From Candidatus Binatia bacterium (GTDB taxonomy: Bacteria > Desulfobacterota > Binatia > DP-6), in the NCBI GenBank assembly GCA_041496545.1, contig JBGQET010000004.1, forward strand, positions 19,293 through 83,292: 64,000 bases of DNA, in the 5' to 3' direction. Made by a program: the position numbers and the translations under genes. Below, in pieces: positions 1-10,022 of this stretch. Position 1 is the stretch's first letter; each line of letters starts with the position of its first letter. The notes under the pieces were generated by a model. That model saw only the letters and a list, made by a program, of their open reading frames with translations. It was not told the origin of the DNA and did not search any database.

Positions 1-1003
1 CGAAGAGGTCGTGCTTGACGATGGCGTACGCGAGGGAGAGGGCGAACAGGAAGGGCGTCAGGGCGCCGGCGTTCATGGCGAGGCCGCCACCGAAGAGCGC
101 CGACGCCAAGACGAAGAGCCCGGGAATCGTGAAACCGAAGAGCGTCCCGAGCGTGATGACGCGGACGCGCTGGCGGGCGAGCTGCGAGGTGCCGCGCCGG
201 TACTCGGACACCAGGCGCCAGCCGAAGAAGACGGCGACCAGGCCGAAGTAGAACATGTCGGTCACGAGGACCGTCGAATAGCCGGCCGGGTCGTAGAGAA
301 ACATCTCGTACGGGACGAGGAGGGCGAGCGAGACCGCGTAGCCTGCGAGGCGCAGCCCCGCGCGTCGGTGAGCCTGGGGGAAGAGCATCGCGACGTGGAA
401 GCCGGTGGCCGGCACCATCGTCTCCGCGAAGACGTGGAGGCGGAAGGCGTTGCCGGGGGTGTAGAGCTCCATCGCCGTGAAGAGGAAGAGCGCCCACGCG
501 CCACCGAAGACGAGCATCGCGCGCGCGACCGGCGTCCCTGCGCGCAGCAACCAGACGCTCAAGCCGGCGGTGAGGATGAGCGAGCCGTTCAGGAGGAAGA
601 CGCCGAAGAGCAGGAACCAGTCGCGGGCGAGGAATCGCTGCGTGGCGATGGTGACCTCACGCGCGAAGCCGCTCCGCCGTATGCGGTAGCGTACCGGCGT
701 TCCAGGACGCAGCGTCTCGACGTGCGCGTAGATCTCCGCCGTCGAGCCGACGGGGCGGCCGTCAACCGCCTCGACGACGCTCTGGTACAGTTGCGGAACG
801 GTGGTGCCCGACCAGTGTGCGAGACCGACGGAGGCGATCACGCGATTGTCGAGCAGCATGAATCCCGGGAACACGCGTCCGACCCACCCGCGGCTGACGA
901 GGATGCCGTGGGCGGCGAGGAGCCCGCCGGCGGTGGCGACCGCGAGGGCCACCACCCGAACGGTGCGCGACGCCCGTGGGGTGCTCGGAAAGCTGTCCCG
1001 CAT
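1..1003 (-). CDS. multi-TM sensor histidine kinase, N-terminal part (C-terminus beyond window edge); paralog of 3706..6342
   Basis: Minus-strand translation from ATG at 1003 gives MRDSFPSTP...FPGFMLLDNRVIASVGLAHWSGTTVPQLYQSVVEAV... followed by many hydrophobic helices. It is collinear and clearly homologous to the N-terminus of the 3706..6342 kinase (FPGFMLLENRVVASVSLPWWS...). It runs off the window edge and so is absent from the ORF track. Confidence 0.6.
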   Translation of the reverse strand, partial: MRDSFPSTPRASRTVRVVALAVATAGGLLAAHGILVSRGWVGRVFPGFMLLDNRVIASVGLAHWSGTTVPQLYQSVVEAVDGRPVGSTAEIYAHVETLRPGTPVRYRIRRSGFAREVTIATQRFLARDWFLLFGVFLLNGSLILTAGLSVWLLRAGTPVARAMLVFGGAWALFLFTAMELYTPGNAFRLHVFAETMVPATGFHVAMLFPQAHRRAGLRLAGYAVSLALLVPYEMFLYDPAGYSTVLVTDMFYFGLVAVFFGWRLVSEYRRGTSQLARQRVRVITLGTLFGFTIPGLFVLASALFGGGLAMNAGALTPFLFALSLAYAIVKHDLF

Positions 1004-1066
1004 GACCGGCTCCGTGGGCGCGAATGTAGCCCAACGGGACCCGGCGGCGCCAACCTGGCCAACCGG

Positions 1067-2713
1067 CTAGGTCGGGAGCGGGACGGGGGCGAGCGCGGGG
1101 CGTCGCCACGGGGCCTGGCGGCGCCGGGCCACGAGCGCCGCCGCGGCCGCCGCCGCGCACGCGAAGGCGAAGGCGTCGCCGAGCCGGACGTAGGGGGTGA
1201 GTGTCCGTCGTCCCGCCACGCCGGCCATCAGCACGCCGGCGCGCTGCGCCGGCAGCGTTTCCACGACGCGGCCGTAGGGGTCGATGACGCCCGACACGCC
1301 GGTGGTCGCCGCGCGCACCAGGTAGCGCCGCGTCTCCGTGGCCCGGAAGACAGCCATCGCGAAGTGCTGGCGACTCGCGAAGCCGTAACCGGGGTCGAGC
1401 CAGCCGTCGTTCGAGATGTTGACGAGGAGCTCGGCCCCGGCACCGACGGATCGGTCGATGAGCTCGGGGTAGACGATCTCGTGGCAGATCGACACGCCGA
1501 GGCGCACGAAGCTCTGCAACACGCCGGGCTGGGTACCGGCGCTGAACGCGGTCGGGTTCTCGTCCGGGGCGGCGGCCTCGGTCCGCGCCAGCGGCTTCTC
1601 CTCCGCGAACAAGACGAGATGCTGCTTGTCGTAGTGCCCGCCGTCGTGCCCCGCGGCGGTGATGATCTGCGCGCTGTTGTACGTCCGACCCGCTTCGTAT
1701 CGCGGCGCGCCGAAGAGCAGGTCGGCTCGCCGACGGGTCGCGAGCTCGGTCAGCTCGGCGGCGAGTCCGGGATCCGCGTCGAGGTACTGGGGAACCGCGT
1801 GCTCGGGCCACACGATGAGCGAGGGGTTCGGCTGGCTCGGAAGCGCTTCCGTGGCGCGGACGTGCGCCATCGTCTGGCGCTGCACGTAGACGGGCGTCCA
1901 CTCGAACGCCGGCGGGACGTTGCTCTGCACGATGGCGACGGTGTGACCGCCGAACCCACCGATCGGACCCAGCGCCGCCAGGACCGTCCCGCCGAGCCAG
2001 CAGACGGCGATCACGCCGCCCGGCGCGACGAGACGGGCCGCCGCCTCGGCGAGCCGCCGCCGGCGCCACCAGACGTCGATCGCCTCGGCGATCGCGGTGT
2101 TGCCGAGGACGAGCAGGAAGGAGACGGCGTAGACGCCGCCCAGGGCGGCGATCTGGATGAGACCGGTGTGCGCGTGCTGCGTGTAGCCGATGAGGCCCCA
2201 GGGTTGTCCGGCGACCCGATCCCGCACCAGCTCGGAGGCGACGAAGAGGGCCGGGACGGCGAGCCGCGTGGTGCGCGACGTGCCCCGGCGGAGCAAAGCC
2301 GCCGCCCCGGCGCCGAACAAGCCGAACGTCGGCGTCGCCCAGACCACATAGCAGAGGGTGAGCGCGACGGCCGCGAGCGGGAGCCCGATGCCGAGGTAGT
2401 GCGCCGCGGCTTGCGCGAGCCACCACAGCATGGTCCAGCCGAGCACGACGCCGTACAGCACGCCGTACGCGAGCCCGCGCCGTACGGAGCCGTCGCGCAC
2501 GGCGAGCAGCAGCGGCACGAGCGCGACCCAGGCGAGTGAGCTGAATCCGAAGGGCGGAAGCGCGAGCGCATAGAGCGCCGCGCCACCCACGACGGCGGCG
2601 AGGCGAGGCATCACGCGCCGGTCGCGGCCGGGGGGGCCGAGAACCGCGGCGACGAGCGGAGCCGCGGACGGTGAACGGAGCCCGCGCGGCGGGATGGCGG
2701 CGGGGGCGCCCAC
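1067..2713 (-). CDS. lnt: apolipoprotein N-acyltransferase (CN-hydrolase domain plus N-terminal polytopic membrane domain)
   Basis: 548 aa with an N-terminal multi-TM region followed by a nitrilase/CN-hydrolase domain (IVQSNVPPAFEW, LIVWPEHAVP, ICHEIVYPE, catalytic-Cys context). The start may instead be the internal Met at 2611. Confidence 0.85.
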   Translation of the reverse strand: MGAPAAIPPRGLRSPSAAPLVAAVLGPPGRDRRVMPRLAAVVGGAALYALALPPFGFSSLAWVALVPLLLAVRDGSVRRGLAYGVLYGVVLGWTMLWWLAQAAAHYLGIGLPLAAVALTLCYVVWATPTFGLFGAGAAALLRRGTSRTTRLAVPALFVASELVRDRVAGQPWGLIGYTQHAHTGLIQIAALGGVYAVSFLLVLGNTAIAEAIDVWWRRRRLAEAAARLVAPGGVIAVCWLGGTVLAALGPIGGFGGHTVAIVQSNVPPAFEWTPVYVQRQTMAHVRATEALPSQPNPSLIVWPEHAVPQYLDADPGLAAELTELATRRRADLLFGAPRYEAGRTYNSAQIITAAGHDGGHYDKQHLVLFAEEKPLARTEAAAPDENPTAFSAGTQPGVLQSFVRLGVSICHEIVYPELIDRSVGAGAELLVNISNDGWLDPGYGFASRQHFAMAVFRATETRRYLVRAATTGVSGVIDPYGRVVETLPAQRAGVLMAGVAGRRTLTPYVRLGDAFAFACAAAAAAALVARRRQAPWRRPALAPVPLPT

Positions 2714-2725
2714 GTCCGTGACGTC

Positions 2726-3685
2726 CTAGTTCGGCGACGTCGCCGGCGTCGAGGTGACGGTGAGCGTGAACGGCTTGGTGCTGCCCGGGGCGAGCCGCCG
2801 CCCGTCCAGCATGGCCGTCACGGCGACGAATATCTTATCATGGTCGACGTGTGCGGTGCCGTCGTCGTGCCAGTCGGGGTCCTTGTCGGTGTGCTTTCCG
2901 AACTGCTGCTGATGCATCAGCTTGTAGGCCGCGAAGGAATGCCGCCAGTAGTTAAGTCGCGCGCTCATTCCAGTCGTGGGCGGGTCGATGCGGAAGAGCG
3001 TGCCTTCCTCCTCGACCGGCAGCCGCTGCATCGTGAAGCCCTGCGAGTTGAACATGACGATGTCGGCGGGCGTGAAGACGAAGGAGAGGTCCGCTTGACC
3101 GCGGAAGGTCGTCGCGCCGGTGACCTGCGAGACGTCGACCGCGACGTACATCGTGCCGTCGGTTCCGACCCCTGCCTTGAAGTTGGATCGCGTGAGGGTG
3201 GTCGCGACGTCGCGCAGCGGGATGGGGGCGTTCGTGATGGTGAGCGCGCTCTCGCCGACCTCGAAGAGCGGCGGGCCGGCGAACTGAAGTTGACCGTTCA
3301 CGGTCTTGCCCTGACTCACGTTGAACACGCGGACGCGGCACGGGCCGAGGGCGAGGGGCGGCACGGCCACCCGCATCTGCAGGCTGCGCGCGGCCTTCTT
3401 GCTCGCGCTGTCCGTCATCGTGGTGGCGTCCTTGCGGGACACCGCTTTTCCACCCACCCAGCCCGAGGTGCCGTCTGCGACCGAAACGAACACCACGGTG
3501 TACTTCTTGCGCGACTCCAGGCGCGGGTCGACGACGGTCACCTTGCCGCCGGAATAGGAGATCTGCGGCTGGATCGACCGTCGGATCGGCGCCGGCTTCT
3601 TGCAGCCGCATCCGGCGTGCGCGAGGATCGGGACGGTGAGCGCCGCGAGCGCGGCGGCGACGGCGGTGAAGGTCGTGACTCGCAT
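2726..3685 (-). CDS. hypothetical lipoprotein
   Basis: ATG at 3685 is preceded by GAGGAGG 7 nt upstream. N-terminus MRVTTFTAVAAALAALTVPILAHAGC has a signal peptide plus lipobox. GC3 is high throughout. The 84 nt upstream in the listed ORF lacks an RBS. Confidence 0.6.
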   Translation of the reverse strand: MRVTTFTAVAAALAALTVPILAHAGCGCKKPAPIRRSIQPQISYSGGKVTVVDPRLESRKKYTVVFVSVADGTSGWVGGKAVSRKDATTMTDSASKKAARSLQMRVAVPPLALGPCRVRVFNVSQGKTVNGQLQFAGPPLFEVGESALTITNAPIPLRDVATTLTRSNFKAGVGTDGTMYVAVDVSQVTGATTFRGQADLSFVFTPADIVMFNSQGFTMQRLPVEEEGTLFRIDPPTTGMSARLNYWRHSFAAYKLMHQQQFGKHTDKDPDWHDDGTAHVDHDKIFVAVTAMLDGRRLAPGSTKPFTLTVTSTPATSPN

Positions 3686-3705
3686 TTGAGGCCTCCTCGG
3701 GGCGA

Positions 3706-6342
3706 CTACGCGGCTTGGCATGCCAGCTCCTCTCGGCTCGGTTGACCGGTGACCGTGGACGTCTCGCACTCTTCCTCGTGATGACCCCGCGCCGAGAACG
3801 GGACCGGGAGACGAATCGTGAAGGTCGTCCCCTCGGGGCCGGACGCGGTGCAGGCCAGCGTGCCGCCGAACTCGCCGCTCACGATGTCGCGTGCGATCGA
3901 GAGGCCGAGGCCGGTACCCTTGCCTGGGGGCTTCGTGGTGTAGAACTCGTCGAAGATGCGGGGCCGCGTCTGCTCGGGGATCCCCGTGCCGCGGTCGGAC
4001 ACGCGAACCACGACGTCGGCCGCCTCGGGCTCCACCTGCACCGCGATCCGGCAGCGCTCCGGGGGGAGGCCCTCGCAGGCGTCGATCGCGTTGTTGATGA
4101 GGTTCGCGAGCACCTGCGCGAGCCGGCCGCTGTCGCCGTACAGCTCGGGAATGGCGTGGGCGATCTGCAGGTCGAGCGCGCCGCCCGCGAGGCGAAGGCG
4201 ATGCATCAGCAACGGCTTGAGATCGCGCTCGATCAAGCGCCCGACGTCAAAGGCGGCGAGCGGGCCGCCGTCGGCGCGCCCGTGGGATTTCACGCTCCGC
4301 ACGTAGTCCACGGCCTTGCGGGTCCAATCGCCGACGTCGTTCACGAGCTTGGCGAGGAACACGAAGTGCTCGCGCCGTTCGGCGTCCGGCGTGGTCGGAT
4401 CGGCGGCCATGGCCTCGCATTCGCCGACGATCTCGCTGGCCGTCTTCAGGTGGTTCAGGGCGGCGCCGAGCGGCGTGTTCATCTCGTGGGCGATCTGGGC
4501 GGCGAGGCGACCGAAGGCGGCCATCTTCTGGGCGGCGATCAGTTGCTCCTGGCTGGACTGGAGCGTGGCGTACGCCGCCTCGAGGTGCCGCGTGCGCTCG
4601 TCGACTCGCCGCTCCAGGTCCGTGTTCAGGAGGTGAAGGTCGTGGAACGTGCGCGCGTTCTGGAGCGAGAGCGCCGCGTGGTTCGCGAAGGTGCGGAGGA
4701 ACGAGACGTCAGTGGCGGTGAAGAACGTCCCGGCGGCCTTCCGCCCGCAGACGAGGAAGCCGATCAGGTCCCCCTGGCAGGTGAGCGGGACGATGAGCTC
4801 CGCCCCGAGGTTGTCGAAGTCCTCGAGCGCGGCGGCGTGCTCCACCGCCGTGTCCAGCAGCGGTGTGTCGCGGATGAGGACGTGCGGTAGACGGGCGAGG
4901 ACGCGAAGCAGCGGCCGGCCTGCCGGCAGGCGGTCGAGCGTGGTCGCGGCGTTGCCGGGTCGGCGGGCCGTCTCGACGAAGTCCTGCTCGGTGCGCAGGA
5001 ACACGGCCACCCGCTCGAGGCCGAGGGCGGACTCCGGAAAGGCGAGCGTCAGGTCGAGGATGTCCTGCAGCTTCAGCGTCCCGCCGAGGGCGGTGCTCGC
5101 CGCCGCGAGAACCTCCTGCGCGTCGTAGGTGCGGCGCCTGAAGACGACGTCGACGAGGCGCTGCACCCAATCGCGAAGGCTCGGCATCACGAGCAGGACC
5201 ACGATCGTGAACACGAGCGAGAACGCGGGCGACTTTCCGAAGGAGACCTGAAGGAAGTGACTGGTGAACGCCGCCACGAGGAGATAAGCAGCCGTCACCA
5301 GCCCGGTCAGCACCGCGTAGTAGAGACCACGCTGGACCAGCGCATCGATCTCGAACAGGTCGCGCTTGTGCACGGCGTAGGCGATCGAGAGCGGGAAGAC
5401 GAACGCCGTGTACGCCATCACGTTGGCCGGGACCGGCGTTCCCTCCAGCACCGACAGCACGGCGAGCGGAAGCGGGATGCCGAGGCCGGCGATCAGCCCG
5501 AAGACGACGAAACGCACGCGCTGGCGCACGAGCTCCGAGCTGGAGCGTAGGTAGCCGCTCAGCGCCGACCAGACGAGGAAGAACCCGGTGGCCGAGAGGG
5601 CGACCGCGGCGAGCGCGTGCACGTGCGGGTACAGCGTGGGCGACATCAGCCAGGCCTGGTACACGACGGCCAGCACGACGGCCGGCAGGTAGCAGACCAC
5701 GAGGGCGCGGCGAACGCGGATGCGACGCACCGGGAAGATCAGCGCGAGGTGGAGCACCGTGGCGGGAAGCAGCGATTCCGCCAGCGCGTGAAGCCGGAAG
5801 AACAAGTACGGACCGTAGAGGTCCATCGCCGTGAGGGCGTAGGCGCTGGCGCAGAGCCCGAGCGCGAGCAGCGCGCCTCGGGTGGCGGCTTCGGCGGTCG
5901 CGACGCAGATGCCGAGCCCGATTGCCGCGAACAGCAGCCCGTTCAGGAGATAAGCGCCGAAGAGCAGAAAGCCGTCCGACCAGGTGAAGGAGCGCGACTC
6001 CAGCACGCGGCCGAAGGTGACGCCGTCGCGGGAGAACGTGTAGTTGAGAGGCGTCCCCGGGGGTCGGGCGGCGACGCGCGCGTAGACCTGCTCCGCGCTC
6101 GTCACGTGAACGCCTTCGACTTCGACGACGGTGGCCTGGAAGACTTCGGGGGCCCGCACGACCGACCACCACGGCAGGCTGACCGACGCGACGACGCGGT
6201 TCTCGAGGAGCATGAACCCGGGGAAGGTCCGGTGTATCCAGGCGAGCGCCGACAGCGAGGTGACCGCCGCGACCGCCAGGGTGGCGACCAGGACGAGGCC
6301 CACGCCGCGAACCCGTGCGGTAAGGGTCTGTGTCCGGCTCAC
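3706..6342 (-). CDS. multi-TM sensor histidine kinase (periplasmic domain, about 8 TM helices, GAF-like region, HisKA, HATPase_c)
   Basis: HisKA motif AAQIAHEMNTPLGA and HATPase_c motifs (NLINNAIDA, DRGTGIP, GTGLGLSI). Likely GTG start at 6342 overlapping the TGA stop of the upstream gene (GTGA); the longer listed N-terminal extension has low GC3. Paralog of the partial kinase at 1..1003. Confidence 0.8.
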   Translation of the reverse strand: MSRTQTLTARVRGVGLVLVATLAVAAVTSLSALAWIHRTFPGFMLLENRVVASVSLPWWSVVRAPEVFQATVVEVEGVHVTSAEQVYARVAARPPGTPLNYTFSRDGVTFGRVLESRSFTWSDGFLLFGAYLLNGLLFAAIGLGICVATAEAATRGALLALGLCASAYALTAMDLYGPYLFFRLHALAESLLPATVLHLALIFPVRRIRVRRALVVCYLPAVVLAVVYQAWLMSPTLYPHVHALAAVALSATGFFLVWSALSGYLRSSSELVRQRVRFVVFGLIAGLGIPLPLAVLSVLEGTPVPANVMAYTAFVFPLSIAYAVHKRDLFEIDALVQRGLYYAVLTGLVTAAYLLVAAFTSHFLQVSFGKSPAFSLVFTIVVLLVMPSLRDWVQRLVDVVFRRRTYDAQEVLAAASTALGGTLKLQDILDLTLAFPESALGLERVAVFLRTEQDFVETARRPGNAATTLDRLPAGRPLLRVLARLPHVLIRDTPLLDTAVEHAAALEDFDNLGAELIVPLTCQGDLIGFLVCGRKAAGTFFTATDVSFLRTFANHAALSLQNARTFHDLHLLNTDLERRVDERTRHLEAAYATLQSSQEQLIAAQKMAAFGRLAAQIAHEMNTPLGAALNHLKTASEIVGECEAMAADPTTPDAERREHFVFLAKLVNDVGDWTRKAVDYVRSVKSHGRADGGPLAAFDVGRLIERDLKPLLMHRLRLAGGALDLQIAHAIPELYGDSGRLAQVLANLINNAIDACEGLPPERCRIAVQVEPEAADVVVRVSDRGTGIPEQTRPRIFDEFYTTKPPGKGTGLGLSIARDIVSGEFGGTLACTASGPEGTTFTIRLPVPFSARGHHEEECETSTVTGQPSREELACQAA

Positions 6343-7478
6343 GCCGCCACCTCCCGGGGCGCCGCCACGGCCGGCTGCGACGCCATCGGCAGCCACACCG
6401 TGAACGTGCTGCCCTCGCCCAGGCGGCTCTCGACCTTGATGTCCCCCCGCATCATGCGGGCGAAGCGGCGCGCGAGTGCGAGACCGAGGCCGATGCCGCG
6501 CGTCTGGCCGTCGTGCGGGCGGAGCTGGTGGAAGATGTCGAAGATCGCGTCGTGGTCCTTCTGATCGATGCCGGGGCCGGTGTCGCTGACGCGGATGGCG
6601 ACGCGGCCGTCTTCCGCTCGTGCCGAGAGGCGCACCTCGCCCTCGGACGTGAACTTCTTCGCGTTGTCGAGGAGATTCTGGATGATGATGCGGAGCTTTG
6701 CGGCCTCGGCGAAGATCGTCGGCAGGTCGTCCGGGATGTCGGCGACGAATCGGATCGGCTTCAAGCGCGCGAGCAGCGTGAACCACTCGCCGAGCTCGCG
6801 GAGGAACGGCGTGAGCGGGACCGGCTCCGGCTGGATCTCCATGGCGCCGGCCTCGAGCTTCGACAGGTTGAGGAACTCCTCGATCAAGTCGAGGAGGTAA
6901 GCGGCGTTGCTCAGGACCTTGTCGAAGATCGGCTGGACGTCCGGCGGGCAGACGCCGAACTGACCCTCGCGGAGGAGCGCGACGTACCCCACGATCACGT
7001 TGAGCGGGGTGCGGAACTCGTGCGACACGTTCGCCAGGAGCTCGGTCTTCAGCCGCTCGGCGATGTGGAGCTGCGCGAGCTGGTCGTACGCCTTGAGCGC
7101 GGCGTCGACCCAGAGGAGCAGCCGGTCCGGGCCGTCGCTCTTGTCGTGGTAGCCCTGGATGGCGAGGCGCCCCAGCATCTCACGCGGGGGCTTCTCGCCC
7201 GCGTAGCCGGTTTGGAGCACGATCTGGATGAGCTGGTCGCGGTCGCGGACGCCGGCGATCAGCTCCTCGCCGTTCATGACCGGCATGAAGTAGTCGACGA
7301 GGAGCACCTGCGCCGACTCGCGCTCGAGGACGCTGAGCGCCTCGGTACCCCTCTCGGCCGTGAGCACGCGGTGGCCCTCGCGCTCGAGCAGCACCCGGAC
7401 CGAGGTGAGCGTTTCCGCCTGGTCGTCGACGACCATGATCGTCCGGCCGCTCGCCATCACGTTGCGTCGCGTGCTCAT
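6339..7478 (-). CDS. hybrid response regulator-histidine kinase (REC-HisKA-HATPase_c)
   Basis: REC motifs (IMVVDDQ, LLVDYFMPVMNG), HisKA (SHEFRTPLN), HATPase_c (DTGPGI, GIGLGLAL). Start placed at ATG 7478 (MSTRRNVMASGRTIMVVDD); 7457 is an alternative. Stop overlaps the start of the 3706..6342 kinase. Confidence 0.75.
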   Translation of the reverse strand: MSTRRNVMASGRTIMVVDDQAETLTSVRVLLEREGHRVLTAERGTEALSVLERESAQVLLVDYFMPVMNGEELIAGVRDRDQLIQIVLQTGYAGEKPPREMLGRLAIQGYHDKSDGPDRLLLWVDAALKAYDQLAQLHIAERLKTELLANVSHEFRTPLNVIVGYVALLREGQFGVCPPDVQPIFDKVLSNAAYLLDLIEEFLNLSKLEAGAMEIQPEPVPLTPFLRELGEWFTLLARLKPIRFVADIPDDLPTIFAEAAKLRIIIQNLLDNAKKFTSEGEVRLSARAEDGRVAIRVSDTGPGIDQKDHDAIFDIFHQLRPHDGQTRGIGLGLALARRFARMMRGDIKVESRLGEGSTFTVWLPMASQPAVAAPREVAA

Positions 7479-7823
7479 CGGATGTGTGCGCCGGGACTCT
7501 TGCGCACGTGCCGTGCGGTCCGGGAGCCCGGGTTCCATCTTCTGTGCACGTTCCAGGCCGCTCCCGCGGTGTGCGCCGTTCGCACGCTCTACGGGCGGGC
7601 GCCGTACATTTCGGCGTACGCGACGGTACGGGTTGGCACACAAGGCGTGTCACGGCTGGCACGTCTGGATGCTGCGGTCGGCCCGGCGATGCGCACGCCA
7701 CTCGGCGGGCGACCGTCATCGCCGTCACACCGCGTGCACGTTTACGTACGGGCTCAACTCACCTTGACAACGCCGAGAGCGGAGGCTACCACCACCGGGC
7801 CGGCGTGGACGCGTCGGTCCTGT

Positions 7824-7897
<74 letters not shown>

Positions 7898-7952
7898 CTC
7901 CCGGCGACGCGCGAGCGTCGCCGTCGGCGGTGCACGGCGGGTTCGGGTGCCC

Positions 7953-9236
7953 TCACCCGGACCCGCCGGCCGCGCGCTGCTTCTCGGCGACGGCGTCGCG
8001 GCCGTTCCCGATGATGGCGCGGAGCCCGCGGTCGTAGGTGAGGTAGTTCCAGGCCCAGTTGACGAGCACCACGAGCCGGTTGCGAAAGCCGATCAGCATC
8101 ACGAGGTGGACGACCAGCCACACCCACCACGCGAGGCGTCCCCGGAGGTGGACGCGGCCGATGAATCCCACGGCGCGACTCCGCCCGATCGTCGCCAGCG
8201 AGCCCTTGTCGCGATAGACGAAGGGCTCGAGCGGCTCGCCGCGCATGGCGTGCAGGACGTTGGCGGCGGCGTGCTCGCCCTGCTGGATGGCCACCTGGGC
8301 CACCTGCGGGAGCCGCTCCGTGCCCTCGACCAGCGCCACGTCCCCGACCGCGAAGACGGCCGGCTGGCCGACGACGGCGAGCGTGGGCTCGACCCGGAGC
8401 CGCCCGCTGCGCCCGGTGGGGAGACCGAGGCGGGCGGCGACGGCCGCGGCGCGGATGCCGGCCGCCCAGATGACCGTCTCGCTCGCGATGCGCTCGCCGC
8501 CGGTGAGCTCGACACCGTGCGACCCGATGCGCGCGACCTTGGTCCCCATGCGCAGCTCCACCCCGAATCGCGCGAGATCCTCGCGGGCGCGTGCCCGGAG
8601 GTCGGGCGGGTAGGGCGGCAGCACGTCGGGCCCCGCCTCGACGACGACGATCCGGAGTGTCTCGGCGCCGATGCTCCGGTAGTCGCGCGGGACGACGTGG
8701 CGGCGGAACTCCGCGAGCGCCCCGGCCATCTCGACGCCCGTCGCGCCGGCGCCGACGATGACGAAGGTGAGGAGCGTGGCGCGGGCGGCCGGGTCCTCGG
8801 TGGTCGTCGCGTGCTCGAGAACGCGGAGGACGTGGTTGCGCAGGGCGCGCGCGTCCTCGAGGTCGTAGAGCCGGAAGGCGTCCGCCGCCCCGGGGATGCC
8901 GAAGTCCTCCGCGGCGCCCCCGACGGCGACGATCAGGTAGTCGTACGGGACGCGGTCGCCCTCGGCCGTGTCGAGGACGCGCGCCCGCGGGTCGCCGCCG
9001 ACGACGCGCGCGAGCCGGAAGTCGACCGTCGGATGGTGGTGGAGGATGCTCCGCGCCGGGTAGGCGATGTCCTGCGGCTCGAGGCCCGCCGTCGCGACCT
9101 GATACAGCAGCGGCAGGAAGCAGTGGTAGTTGTGGGCGTCCACCCAGAGCGTCCGGACGCCCGCGCGCCCAAGCCGTCGCACGGCGTGGAGGCCGGCGAA
9201 GCCGGCGCCGAGGACCACGACTCGTGTGTCGTCCAT
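7953..9236 (-). CDS. ndh: type II NADH:quinone oxidoreductase (NDH-2), FAD-dependent pyridine nucleotide-disulfide oxidoreductase
   Basis: Two Rossmann GxGxxG motifs (VVVLGAGFAGL; FVIVGAGATGVE), size of 427 aa and overall NDH-2 collinearity. Confidence 0.85.
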   Translation of the reverse strand: MDDTRVVVLGAGFAGLHAVRRLGRAGVRTLWVDAHNYHCFLPLLYQVATAGLEPQDIAYPARSILHHHPTVDFRLARVVGGDPRARVLDTAEGDRVPYDYLIVAVGGAAEDFGIPGAADAFRLYDLEDARALRNHVLRVLEHATTTEDPAARATLLTFVIVGAGATGVEMAGALAEFRRHVVPRDYRSIGAETLRIVVVEAGPDVLPPYPPDLRARAREDLARFGVELRMGTKVARIGSHGVELTGGERIASETVIWAAGIRAAAVAARLGLPTGRSGRLRVEPTLAVVGQPAVFAVGDVALVEGTERLPQVAQVAIQQGEHAAANVLHAMRGEPLEPFVYRDKGSLATIGRSRAVGFIGRVHLRGRLAWWVWLVVHLVMLIGFRNRLVVLVNWAWNYLTYDRGLRAIIGNGRDAVAEKQRAAGGSG

Positions 9237-9316
9237 GGGGGCCCTGTAGCATGGCGCGCGGATCGACGGGATGCCTCGTTGACGCTGGTGGAGCCCCTCA
9301 TCTATCGTCCCGCGCC

Positions 9317-9688
9317 GTGCCGACCCATACCGGGTGCTGCCATTGCGGGCGAGTGCGGTTCGAAGTGGAGGGCGCGCTCGAGGCGATCGTCGCGTGCAAC
9401 TGCTCGATCTGCACGCGCAAGGGGTATCTCCACTGGATCGTGCCGCGCGACCGCTTCCGGGTCGTCGCCGGCGCGGACGCGCTCGCGACGTACCGCTTCG
9501 GCACCATGACGGCAGAGCACCAGTTCTGTCGGCATTGCGGCGTCGCCGGTTTCTACATTCCGCGCTCGCATCCCGACCGGATCGACGTCAACGTGCGTTG
9601 CCTCGACGGCGTCGACCTCCGCGGCCTCGCCGTCCGGCGCTTCGACGGCCGGCACTGGGAGCAGAGCATCGGCGGGCTGGAGATCTGA
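9317..9688 (+). CDS. GFA (glutathione-dependent formaldehyde-activating/CENP-V-like) family protein
   Basis: Zinc-binding Cys pattern GCCHCGRVRF...CNCSICTRKGY...CRHCG typical of GFA/Mss4-like proteins. Start taken as GTG 9317 giving about 123 aa. ATG 9251 is an alternative. The listed 9224 start would overlap the divergent ndh start. Confidence 0.6.
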   Translation: MPTHTGCCHCGRVRFEVEGALEAIVACNCSICTRKGYLHWIVPRDRFRVVAGADALATYRFGTMTAEHQFCRHCGVAGFYIPRSHPDRIDVNVRCLDGVDLRGLAVRRFDGRHWEQSIGGLEI

Positions 9689-9758
9689 CGGTCTGGTTCG
9701 TACCGGCGCCGCGCGCGCCACGCCGGCGGTCGCCGGCGAGACGAAAGGAGCGACGTGC

Positions 9759-9965
9759 ATGACAGCCAGGGCAGCCTTCGTGCTCGGGGTATTCCTTCTC
9801 CTCGCCGCGCTCGCGCGCGGCGGGCTCTACACCGCCGGGCACGACTTCGTGGTGAACCGTTTCACGGGCCGTTTCCAGTTCGTCCCGGCCGAGGACGAAG
9901 GCGACGAGACGACCGCACCCGTGCGCCGGTCGACGCGCCTTGACGCGGTGGGAACCGGCAGCTAA
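9759..9965 (+). CDS. small secreted/membrane-anchored hypothetical protein
   Basis: GGAG RBS 8 nt upstream of ATG 9759; N-terminal hydrophobic signal MTARAAFVLGVFLLLAALARG. Confidence 0.45.
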   Translation: MTARAAFVLGVFLLLAALARGGLYTAGHDFVVNRFTGRFQFVPAEDEGDETTAPVRRSTRLDAVGTGS

Positions 9966-10022
9966 GTGACCGGAAAGCGGGGCGGGGGCGTCCGCCCGCC
10001 GTCCGGGTTCGGAGGTGATTTC

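Noticed and set aside
11-2539. 842-aa plus-strand ORF (R/G/E/D-rich)
   Set aside because: Antisense to lnt and the partial kinase. Low-complexity composition, no motifs. This is a typical alternate-frame artefact of 70% GC DNA. The real genes are on the minus strand.
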